A DNA stretch of 29,440 nt from an uncultured virus (IMG/VR IMGVR_UViG_3300020048_000074). Its lineage: Duplodnaviria; Heunggongvirae; Uroviricota; Caudoviricetes. Shown one piece after another: positions 1 through 10,400 of the stretch. The DNA is taken from positions 62,001 to 91,440 of the IMG/VR virus record IMGVR_UViG_3300020048_000074; one strand, given 5' to 3'. Within the stretch, counting starts at the first letter, position 1. Every line of letters begins with the position of its first letter. The translations under genes and the position numbers were made by a program. The notes beneath the pieces are model-generated. The model was not told the origin of the DNA, searched no databases, and saw nothing but the letters and a program-made list of their open reading frames with translations.

Positions 1-267
1 GCCTTTTCCAGAATGATACGTGCACCAGTTTCTCCAAGTGGCGATATCGTTTGGAATATTTTTTTTGATCTCTGCTCCGGCGTTGAATGGGTCACGATTC
101 ATAAACGAAACAAGAGCCTCACTTGGAAGCTCTCGGCCATTCTCTCCGCACCACTTTTTAAACTTGTCACCCTCTCCAAGAATGGTTCCATCTTTCAATT
201 TTACCGCGTTCTCAATCAACGCATCAATCTCTTGATCCGTCTTTCCTTCTATTTTATTTTTTTGCAT
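1..267 (-). CDS. Hypothetical protein, partial (runs off the left edge)
   Basis: Not in the ORF track. ATG at 267 follows GGGGTTT; the frame MQKNKIEGKTDQEIDALIENAVKLKDG... stays open to position 1. Confidence 0.7.
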   Translation of the reverse strand, partial: MQKNKIEGKTDQEIDALIENAVKLKDGTILGEGDKFKKWCGENGRELPSEALVSFMNRDPFNAGAEIKKNIPNDIATWRNWCTYHSGKG

Positions 268-323
268 AAACCCCAAGACCGCATCTGAACGTTGCACCGG
301 CTCTACCACTGATATTACTTTTT

Positions 324-1217
324 TCATTTCGATTCTGCCTCCGCAAGAAACGCTTTATATCCTTTAGAAAGCTCCATCCTAAATATAAAATTGTTTCGCG
401 TTTTTTTACTCTTTATATGGCTGATAATAAACGCTTTCGCAAATGCATACGGTATCTCGATATCCACCTTAGCGGTTGCTCGTGTTCTCTCAGCTACATT
501 TCGTATTTGTTTTACATGGATGGTAAGCGAAGTACCATTATATTTCAATTTCATGTCTTCAGCCTTCGATGGCATTACCCACGCTTTCTGAGAATGCACC
601 TGACCTTCAATCAAAGTAGCTGTTTTGTTTTTAAGCATACGCATGACATTATCAGATTTAAGCGAGCCGGTTACTGACCATCCACCCATAAGCTTTGTCG
701 CTGCTAACACGGCACTCGGTTTAAGCAGCGGAAGTTTTTCAGAAACCTTTTCTACTTTCGTATATTCTTTTCCCGTGATATGACTTTTAACTTTCATAGT
801 AACCCGGGGCTTTGCACTTCCTGTCGTATACTGGTCCCTCAGCTTAACCAGAGCAGTTCCTATCAAATGAAGCGCGGCATGCTTCTCTCTCGGTACCCCG
901 GGGCCTTTGTCTATGTGATCGAATACTTCTTTGAATATGTTATGCGCAGTGTCGGGCTTGCTTGTCTTTATTTTTTCAACCAACGAATTGAAACCGGTCA
1001 CTCCATGCTTTTCCAGAATGGTGGAAATCTCCCCGCCCAAATTGGTAGTCATCGCGTGGTCAAAATAATTCTGAGCAGTTACTTCCGTTTTATCAAGCAC
1101 CTGTCTTTCACGATGGACAATGACCCACTTGTGCCCGGTCTTTTTCCATTGCCGCTTGTCTTGGTGAGTCCGTATCTCACCTTCCATGGCAGCTTTATGC
1201 TTCAGAAACAGAATCAT
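324..1217 (-). CDS. Basic hypothetical protein, putative virion cargo with N-terminal tag
   Basis: Start reassigned to MILFLKHKAA (GGAGG RBS at about 1224-1228). N-terminal GEIRTHQDKRQWKKTGHKWV resembles tags in neighbouring proteins. Confidence 0.8.
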   Translation of the reverse strand: MILFLKHKAAMEGEIRTHQDKRQWKKTGHKWVIVHRERQVLDKTEVTAQNYFDHAMTTNLGGEISTILEKHGVTGFNSLVEKIKTSKPDTAHNIFKEVFDHIDKGPGVPREKHAALHLIGTALVKLRDQYTTGSAKPRVTMKVKSHITGKEYTKVEKVSEKLPLLKPSAVLAATKLMGGWSVTGSLKSDNVMRMLKNKTATLIEGQVHSQKAWVMPSKAEDMKLKYNGTSLTIHVKQIRNVAERTRATAKVDIEIPYAFAKAFIISHIKSKKTRNNFIFRMELSKGYKAFLAEAESK

Positions 1218-3045
1218 AGGCGTCCTCCGGCTCCCTACCCATCGGGTAATCAAACGACCGAGCTATGGCTTCGATCCTGTCTTCATCTGAACTGAATTTC
1301 GATTTCAGCATATCAACAAGTTCCATTTTATTCGGTATGACATGCACATGCGTATACCGAGAATTCGTAGGGTGATCGATACTTACCACTTTAAGCGAAG
1401 GTGCAACCAATAGAAACTCTCGCTCATCCGCGTAGGCGGCTATATTATATTTATGTATAAGCTGTTCGGTACCATGATCCTCAGAGCCTTCTATCATGCT
1501 ATCAACGTCAACTCCAATAACTTTCGTCTCAGGTGTAAGATTTTCTTGATCTATAATAAAAATAGCGCCTGCCGAGTATTCTTCACCAACACTCGATGCT
1601 TTGGAAAAAGAAGCCATACCAAGCGGAATCACATCACCCACTTCACAGTTCATCCATTCCGTATTTTTTGATCCACGATACAGCTTATCGTCTTCAAGAA
1701 AATCGTACTCTGTAAAATGCCCATCGACTATAGTTTCTATCAATGAATCCCCTGACCACGTTCCCCATTCTTTTCCGTCTTCCTTCATTTGAAAATAATC
1801 CCGAGCTTTTTTTCTGTTTCCTTTAACCTCACCCCCAACCCAACGGCCAAGCAGGTGAAGCTGAATCCCATCCCATTCATTTCCACTGACGTCTTTCATG
1901 GACGTTGTTTCTTCAATCTCGTCTTGACGTTTAAGCATTATTTCGGTTACCGCTTCAACCGCCTCGTTAAGCGACACGTTATTTACAAATGCATATCCTA
2001 TTATTTCGTCGTCATCAAACGAAACCTCTTCAGAATGACTTGATACTCCGTGACCCTCATAATGTATAGGCCCTTTTTCAAGATGGTCCTCATGCTCATC
2101 AGCCCACTTTTCAACTTCACTTGCGGACGGATAGGTATGCCCACCAAACACTGAACTTTTTATAGCATCCCGGATATAACTAACAGCGGCATACCGGGAA
2201 ACAACTTCGTCCCAGTCAAGATTAAGGCGTATCGCGTCATCAAGCATGTGGTCTACTTGTTTGTCGCCTTCTACGAAAATCCTACGCGCCATGTCTGAAG
2301 TCATGTCTATAAACTCTTGCTTGTTTTTAAACAGCCGGTCTTCCAACCATTTTGAAATCTCAGCATGAGTCCTGTCTAATGCAAGAAACGCATTGAACTT
2401 ATCAATGCCCTCGTCTCCAAACACATCCTTTAACAGGGTATCGGTCGCCTCGTTATAATCTGTTATTTTTTTTAAGTTATTGTTTATCTCTATTTTTGTT
2501 TTCCATTTGTCATGCCTGCCTATCTTATCTGCTTGTTCAATAATCCTGTCAATTTTTTCCTGAGCCATAGGGTCCATTTTATGATGCATATCCGCTATAG
2601 CCTCTTCAGGGGTAACCGCAGGGCTTGATACCGCGATTCCAGTTGTCATCTCGTAGACCCGATAGTCTGGAAGCATTTCGATGTCATGGAGCGACGATCC
2701 CTGCAACTCGTTGCATACGAAAAACTTATGGCCACGCGATTCAAACGAGCTGTGCACATTTTCATCGGGCACCCGTACTGCCATGTTTACTCCACCAGCC
2801 TCCAACCTAACGTTTACATAAGTACCATCCGGCTGATTGTATGCCTCATGATTTTTCGACACCTTATCTTTTTTCTTTTTGTCCTGCTTAGGCTCATCCA
2901 CCTTTTTGTTTTTCTTGGCCATGTACTCATCGTAGTCCACTTTCACATAAAAGGTTTGAGTAAACGTTTTACCTTTTTTGGTTACCTGCTTTTCAACGGG
3001 AACCAAAGTGCTTATATTCTTTTTACCCTTTATAAACAAAAGCAT
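1195..3045 (-). CDS. ADP-ribosyltransferase (R-S-E class, VIP2/Alt-like C-terminal domain)
   Basis: Start MLLFIKG after GAGGT RBS. C-terminal motifs LYRG ... ASFS ... DEREFLL appear in the order of the R-S-ExE catalytic triad. Confidence 0.75.
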   Translation of the reverse strand: MLLFIKGKKNISTLVPVEKQVTKKGKTFTQTFYVKVDYDEYMAKKNKKVDEPKQDKKKKDKVSKNHEAYNQPDGTYVNVRLEAGGVNMAVRVPDENVHSSFESRGHKFFVCNELQGSSLHDIEMLPDYRVYEMTTGIAVSSPAVTPEEAIADMHHKMDPMAQEKIDRIIEQADKIGRHDKWKTKIEINNNLKKITDYNEATDTLLKDVFGDEGIDKFNAFLALDRTHAEISKWLEDRLFKNKQEFIDMTSDMARRIFVEGDKQVDHMLDDAIRLNLDWDEVVSRYAAVSYIRDAIKSSVFGGHTYPSASEVEKWADEHEDHLEKGPIHYEGHGVSSHSEEVSFDDDEIIGYAFVNNVSLNEAVEAVTEIMLKRQDEIEETTSMKDVSGNEWDGIQLHLLGRWVGGEVKGNRKKARDYFQMKEDGKEWGTWSGDSLIETIVDGHFTEYDFLEDDKLYRGSKNTEWMNCEVGDVIPLGMASFSKASSVGEEYSAGAIFIIDQENLTPETKVIGVDVDSMIEGSEDHGTEQLIHKYNIAAYADEREFLLVAPSLKVVSIDHPTNSRYTHVHVIPNKMELVDMLKSKFSSDEDRIEAIARSFDYPMGREPEDAYDSVSEA

Positions 3046-3055
3046 ACGGTGTACC

Positions 3056-3784
3056 TCACTGATTGCAGCTATCGTGCATACCGACAATTTCTTCATCGAG
3101 ATCGCCATTAAGCTGCGGAAGCGTAAGCATACCGTCTTCGATGGTGATCTGGAATATAAAATACAAATGTTCAAGGCATGCGGCACACCTTGACTGCCAG
3201 CTTGGATACAGCCTATCAGCCAACACGTTGGTTACATTCTCAATAACCAGTTTAGCGTGGGGCAGGTGCCACACATTGAACTTTTTCATATACGACTTTG
3301 GTACGCCGCATATCTCGATATCGTTGTTTAACGCTATTTTCAAGTTTATAGATTTCGATTCGTACTCGCGCACCAATACCTGAATGATATCGGGAAGCGC
3401 CCCTATACTTTCCCCATTCGTTTTTTCCAAACGGGCAACGTAATCGGTTATTCCTTTTTTAAATACGCTGAACTTCAACCGTAAAAATGTCTCGTTGATA
3501 AGCCCCTTGTCCGATCCATCAAAGTAAAAGAATCCCGGACTTTCGGCAGACGACATGAATTGAAAAAACCTATGATGCAGCAATGATGGCCATGTGCCTT
3601 CAATCGCTGCATCCGCGTTTTCAAAATCAAAAGTTGTCCCGTCTTTAGACGTTATTTTTTTGGGCTTCAGTTTTAAAAGCTTTGATACCAGTACCACAAC
3701 CACGGCAAGGAAAGCCAAAAAAACCATCAACCATATTACGTCTTGAGCTTTTGCGCTTGACGGAAGCATCAACCAATTATTCAT
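3056..3784 (-). CDS. Membrane-anchored hypothetical protein
   Basis: One N-terminal hydrophobic helix (VIWLMVFLAFLAVVVVLV) followed by a basic patch; the start overlaps the upstream gene. Confidence 0.75.
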   Translation of the reverse strand: MNNWLMLPSSAKAQDVIWLMVFLAFLAVVVVLVSKLLKLKPKKITSKDGTTFDFENADAAIEGTWPSLLHHRFFQFMSSAESPGFFYFDGSDKGLINETFLRLKFSVFKKGITDYVARLEKTNGESIGALPDIIQVLVREYESKSINLKIALNNDIEICGVPKSYMKKFNVWHLPHAKLVIENVTNVLADRLYPSWQSRCAACLEHLYFIFQITIEDGMLTLPQLNGDLDEEIVGMHDSCNQ

Positions 3785-4088
3785 GCCCTTCCTCTTTTCG
3801 CTTCCTTTTTATTTCGGCAGCCAATTGGACTACGATGGACAACGCTATGGCCACCCATAAAAGGATATCCAGAATATTTTCAATTTCTATTTTCCATGCA
3901 CTGGTAGCAACTTGTGTGTACACCACCTCTATAGTATACACTATGTACGCCGATCCAAGTAGAATAGCAATCACGCACTGAAACACATCGGCCAATCTTT
4001 TATGCTTATAGGTTACCCATTTATAAGCACTGAACATCGCGCTTATCATAAAAGTTAAGGCTATAATAAAATACATTATCGGACGCAT
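3777..4088 (-). CDS. Small 3-TM membrane protein (holin-like topology)
   Basis: Start MRPIMYF after GGGGG RBS; three hydrophobic segments and a basic C-terminus (KRKRK). Confidence 0.7.
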   Translation of the reverse strand: MRPIMYFIIALTFMISAMFSAYKWVTYKHKRLADVFQCVIAILLGSAYIVYTIEVVYTQVATSAWKIEIENILDILLWVAIALSIVVQLAAEIKRKRKEEGHE

Positions 4089-4089
4089 A

Positions 4090-4476
4090 CTAAACCCCCA
4101 GCCCATGGTAACCCTTTTCGTTCGGCGCTCGGGGGATACGGTCAAGCTCCCCGGGTATCATGTGAATCTTTGCTGCGGTGATTGACTCTTCAGCCATCGA
4201 CCGAGCCTTTTCAAACGTGTCGCGCTCTCGAAGCTTCATGGAGTATCGGTGCTTCAGGTCCACCCCTTTTTCATCCATAGTTGCAGGATTCTCACTGACA
4301 TAAGGGGCCAACCGGGTACGAAGCGCTTTCAACTCATCGTTGACCCGGCGTATTCCTTCGTCAGTGGCTTCAAGAATTCCTTCCTGCTCCTTTATAATCA
4401 TGAGCGAATATGATTCACTCCGCGCACGCTCCTTATCGAGCTTGGCCATGTCGCCGTCAAGCTGACTGTTTTTCAT
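4090..4476 (-). CDS. Hypothetical coiled-coil protein
   Basis: Start MKNSQLD after GGAGG RBS, overlapping the end of the giant gene; charged, helical composition. Confidence 0.75.
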   Translation of the reverse strand: MKNSQLDGDMAKLDKERARSESYSLMIIKEQEGILEATDEGIRRVNDELKALRTRLAPYVSENPATMDEKGVDLKHRYSMKLRERDTFEKARSMAEESITAAKIHMIPGELDRIPRAPNEKGYHGLGV

Positions 4477-7400
4477 TACGAGCCTCCGCTTCATATTTAT
4501 TGAGCATCCCAAGGAACCCTGTCTCATCCAGTGCGTCAACGTCACGTGGATTGCCCATGATCTCTTGCTCTTTCCGCTTGGTTTCCATGATGTCTTCACC
4601 GCGCATATCAAACGGATTCGTACCGCTCAGTACATACGCATGGGTATCACGATCCTGACCCTTCCTGAACACACGGGCGTTTCGCTGCTGGAAAGCCGCG
4701 TAGCTGTCCGGGATATCCAAATGGAATGTAACCGTGCCACCGTGCTGAAGGTTGTGCCCGGATTCCAGCGACTTGGTTCCAACGATAAAGCGAAGCGGAT
4801 CATCCGGATCGTTGAATCGCTTCTTTAACTTGGCAATGGCTGCATTGGATGATCCTTCACCCTGACCTTGAATCACGCCAACGCATCCCGGCCCGAATTC
4901 CGCTTCAAGGCGTTCCACTGCGGTCTTCACGGCATGGATAACCGGGGACCCGGGCTTCGACAGATGGATAACCGCTTTTTCCCCGGGGTGGATGTTTTTC
5001 ATGATGTCCACCATCTTGTCGAGCTTGGCATTCTGCGTCGAATTGCCATTGGTCACGATCGCGTAGTTTCTGGAATCGCGCTGCGCCGACGCTCCCGGCT
5101 TCTTGGCGTCCCGGTCCATTCTATACTGACTCTCGCTTGCAGCATACCGCTTTCGTTGCTCAGGGGTAAGCGCCAAGCGCTCAGTGCTCACGGTGTTTTC
5201 AATCGGCAACGCGTTTTTCTGAGTGTATACCCATTCAGATATCTCTTTCCGGAAAGCATCGTTGGCAGCATCGGCAAACATTCCCGTTCCCTGATTCAAG
5301 CCATCGTACCGACTGTTGAACTCGCTCATTGAACCAAGCGTATGGTTGGGATCAATGAAGTTGATTTTCCGGTACAACTCGCTTTTCTTATTCTTGATGT
5401 TCGTGCCTGACATGGCGATCTTGAGCGGGATGTTCGAGATGTCCATGAGTGACTTGAACCGCCCAGCCTGTCCGGTGCCCGCTGTCATTTCGTGAATCTC
5501 GTCAACCACGATCATGTCGTAGCCTGCCTCTTTAATCATGGCAGCGTCTTCACGAAGCGCGTCCTGCGATATGATGTGAATGCCGTCTTGGTTATGCCGA
5601 GCCAACCGGTCCGCTCTCGAAGTGGTTTCCGTTGAACTATGAACAAGTTTGGCCATCTCCGGTTCAAGGAACTTATTTGACTGCTTATGGAAGTCACCAC
5701 GGGTCTTGGCCGGGGTTACCACAAGAATCTTTTTCGCTCCCTTGTTGTGCATCGCTTCCATCATGGCCGCGTATGCCATACCGGTTTTACCGATACCTGC
5801 TTCAAAGTCAAGGATGACCGCGCTCTTTTCCATAAAGAAACGCAAACCGGCTTCCTGTGCGGCATCCAACTTTACACCCGGGTTTACACCTGTCGGAAGG
5901 TACCCGTTATTCATCTCATGCCGCTTGATCTTTGCAGTTATCGATTCATCTTTCCGAAGCTGTTCATTACGCGTAAAGAAAGTATCCAACTGATCTTTTC
6001 GTATCTCAAGCACGAGACGCTTGGACCTGCCCTCTTTCAAAGTCTTGATCGAGTACGATCCCTTTGGCAGCCCGGCTTTCTTTGCCTTGTCACGAGCACG
6101 TGTAAGGTCTTTTCCGATATCCACCTGCACCACGTCCCCGGGCGGGTCTTCCAGCGCGTTTATCATAGCCGCTACCACGCGAAGGGAACCAACGGCGGTG
6201 CCAAGCGCCCGCTGCCCGGCAGTAAGCTGCTTCAGGGCATGGCCGTTTGCAGACGCCATGGACAAAATCGCCTCGGCATCATCGGTATCCCGGGCAAGGT
6301 TGCGCAGCTCATCGGCATTCGCAAACCGCCTATCGGATTCCGAGATGGCCTTGGTGACCACTTTTTCGCGTTCCTTGGCCGAATACTCTTCAAGAGCCTT
6401 TCTAACGGTTTCTCCCTTGCCATCGGACTGTAGTTTTATCGTCACGGCACGCACTACCGCTTCCAGCCCGAGGTTTTCTATGGTATCCGTGGAGAAAGTA
6501 GCGCCTGAGCCGTAAATATCGCCTAGCAGCCCGTTTAGAGCTGAAATAGAGCCTTGGTCTACGTGGGTTTGGATAGAATCGGACTGCGCATTGAGCCGAT
6601 CGTACAACTGCATGTTTTTCTGAGTCTCTATTTGCTGCTCTATCTCTGCCAGAATGTCTTCAGGAATGCTTTCGGAGTCACCTGAGTACGTGTCACCCAC
6701 TCGAAGCGTGACATGGGAATCCGCTTGGCCCTTCCCGATCGCTTTCATGGCCTTCTTGAACTCTTTCCGGGCCGTAAGTATCTGGATCGCCTTGTCCTTG
6801 TCCAAAAGCTTGCGCAATTCCGGTTTCATGTTCGGGTCGCCGGGCGCGTAGTCCTTCATGAGCGTATCGAGCGCTGCTTTTTCCAAATCCTTGGTCTGCT
6901 CCACGACTGCCTTTTTAACCAGCTCATTCGTTTTCTCTTCAATCGCCGCATCCGTCTCTTCAGGCGTCTTGTTTTTGACCTTGCCCTCTACCATGGCCTT
7001 GGCCTTGTCCGCGATAGCATCCATCTCGGCAGCGCTTATCTGGGAACGAAGCTCTTCCTGCGTGACACCCAAAATATTCGTTACCTTGTTGGTATACTCT
7101 TCCCGGGCAATTTTCTTGGCAGACACTTCAGCTTTTCGATTTGACACCTGCTCAGCCATCTCTTCTTTGGATAATTCCCGGAGGTCTTCGTTTCGTTTCT
7201 TCTCGACCTTCTTACGCTTCTCTGCGTAATCTTCCCGGGAAAGCACCTTGTCTACCTTCAGGTGATTCAGCTTGCCGCCCGCACCGCCGACCACGACATA
7301 CCCACCGTCCGAGGTTCCCTGCAATAGAACCTTGGCTCCACGGATTGTTACCCAACGCATATTTCGGCCTTTTATATCAGCCGCCGTATAATGCATCTTG

Positions 7401-10400
7401 GCCCCTGTAGCTTTTTCAAGGCTATGGAACCAATAGAATCGAGTCATCATGCCATGATCGCACAGGTACCAATCCCCTATGTCACTTTTCAATAACGTCA
7501 TGTCGGGTATCTTAATGTCTCCAATACTTTTCTGGACACGCGCCCCGAGCGAATTGATGCGGGATTCCATAACTCTCCTTAATGCCAAATCGTCGATGGC
7601 GTTGAGTATAATCTGCTTGTTATCCAATACCCTTTGTATCTGAGCGTCTACATCGGAATCCGATACCGTGGAGTATGCCCGCTTGCCCGCGCCCTTGTAC
7701 GGATCGCGCATAGATTGAATTTCACTTACGGAACCTTCAAACTTCTCGCCCTTTGGTTGACCTTGAGCACGATAGCGCAACGATCCACCGTTGTCTATGC
7801 GCCATGCTTTGTTTCCATCCCAAATGATATTGTCCTCAGCCAAGCCGAGGACATCCCAGTTACCAAGCAACGCATCGGCTACGAAACCGGCCTTGAGACT
7901 TTCGACCGCTTTCTTCCGCGTCTCGCTGTCTAGTTCGCCCATGGGGGTTCCCTCGATATAATCGGCAAGCTGCCCCAGCCCTTTGGGTCCTTCTTTAAGC
8001 TGGACATGGGGAACGGGCACGCCGAGTATTTCGTATATACGATTCGCCGTATACTCATCTTTAAGATGTGCTGAACCTGTTGAATACTTGAGCACCTTCT
8101 TGTCACCGCCCGGCAGTTCAAGCAGCATCGCGCCACCCGTGGTCCCGCCAAGATTTTTCAATACCTTGTGATCCGGAAGCTGCCGAGGGTTTCGTGTCGC
8201 GCCGTTATCCGGATAGGTATAAATCCACCGGCCATTCCTCCATACCTTTTTAATGTACTTCGTGGCCATGGCTTTTTCTATCTCTTCAGTCTTTGCCTCT
8301 TCTTTGGCTGCGACCTTCTTTTCTACTTTGCCCTTTACCGCTTCCTTATCTTTACCGGAAACAAGTTTATCAAAATCCTTTTTCAGGTTGGGCATCCCAT
8401 TGAACGGGTCGCCATCGGAAGGCTCACGGAAATCGTACATATCGTAGCTGTTGGCGTTCTCTCGTGCCTTCTCATCTTTCGGCTCTGCCTTTGGCTTTTC
8501 GGTCATGGCTTTAAACAACTCAGAAAGATATTTTCTGCGTAATGATTTTTCCATAAAGCGACCTTTACCCTCTCCCGATATCAGCTTAGGCGGCGGGCCT
8601 CCACTACTGTCACGGAACGACCACGAATCGGCCATCTCCCGGACCATCTCAAACGACTGCTCGTTTTTGGTGTTCCCTAAAATGACATCGACCGGGACGT
8701 ATCTCCCGGACTTTCCCATGAACCTTGACAACGCCCGCTCTGCCGCGATCTTTCTCGGGCAGTGCATATAGTGGCATTCAAGCGAGTAGTCACTGTTAAG
8801 AAAACGTTGCGCGGTGCCCACTGCCGAACGCGGCGTCTTCATGGTAGCGTCAACCACAACATTTAAACCATAGCTTTGTGCAATGGACATTACTTTCTCA
8901 AGGATGTCTGAAGACTCTTCGTGAACCTGAAAAGCATTCCACCCTTCGTATTCTTTGAGCATGCCCTTGATCTCATCGGCATCGAGCACAACGGTCTTTT
9001 CAGGATCGTACACTTGGCCTTTGAACCATGACTTTCCCGATCCACCACGACCGCCGAGCATTATCAGTACCGGCTTCTCACCCTTCGCGGGCTTTGCAGC
9101 AAGAAACTTTTCCGGGGGTATGACGCTCCGAATAATATCCTCGTGCAACCGAGTCCGATCTTCATCATATACCGCGCCAGCACCTTCCCCAGATATCCTG
9201 TATTTATGAATGGTCTGCTCAATATGCGCCAAACGCGCCTCGGCAGCATCAACTCGATTACGGGTCCCCGGGACTGCCTCTTCTGCCTTGTCAAGAATGG
9301 AATCCTTGGTGATAGCGGGATCATCCATCTTGGCTGCCCAGTCGTCTGCCTTGAACGACGCAGGCTCCACGTATTCTGTGGATGATCCTTCAGGTGCGGA
9401 ACTTACCGGCGTCTTCTTTCCTTCACCTGAAAAGCCGGTAACCTTATTCCATTCCACTTTCCGTATATTATTATTACCTATATCGACTGACGCTCCCTTT
9501 TGGCCCTCAGCCACGACCTTACCTTTTATGGTGTCTCCGTCTTTCCCCTTAAACTCCAAAGTGTCGCCCACTTCGATATTGTGCGTACCATATCCGCTCT
9601 TGCTGCCTCGAACGTCTTCCGGGTCTTTCTTATTTCGCTTCGTGGAATCCGGTGCGGCAGCTCCACGCTTTTTCGGGTCTGGCTCATCGGCTGCCGGTTG
9701 CTTGCCATCGGTATCCGCTACCCACTTGCCGCCCTGCTTCTTTACTTTCCTACCGCCATACACCCGGCGCGTCCCCTCGGGTAACGCTTTGGCCTTTTCC
9801 AAATCATATAAAATATCAGATGCCTTCTTTATCCCTTTAGGTTTAGATGCTTCTAATACTTCGTATACCAATTTTGGTATTGACAAAGTAATAGCGTACC
9901 CTTTTGGATCACGCCTCCTAAGCACGTAGTCTACTTTCATAGTTTCCATTTTTTTATCATACTCAACTTGTTGTTTATTATCCATTTTATTATACTTTGT
10001 TCGGTTAAAAACCACTTGAGGTACTTGTACTTCAGCAAACTCAGAATATTCCCCGCTATCTATTATATCTCGAAGTGACATGAGTTTATTATTATGGTTG
10101 TATTGCTTGCGTAATGCATTTATAACACGCCCACGCACCATTGGGGACAACTTGTTTATTTTTCCCATGTCAACATACACAGAAAGCCCAGTTTTTGTAG
10201 TATTAAAGTTGTCTTCTTTTTTTTGCTCAATCATTAGCTTAACATCATCTTCTTTTTTTATTCGTTCAGCATATAACGTATTTTTGTGTTTAACATATTC
10301 TTGCAAGTCACTAAACCCAGCTTTTTTCATTTCTTTTAAACGGTCTATAAATGCGTCAACCCCGCGCTGACCATACATTTTAACTGTTTTACCCGTATCG

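Noticed and set aside
5820..6890. LEKA (~6875-6886) and MEKS (~5822-5833) inside the helical/helicase region as cut sites
   Set aside because: They are not followed by a tag, and MEKS lies inside the helicase core just before motif I. They are probably chance matches, which shows that the 4-residue motif alone is weak evidence.
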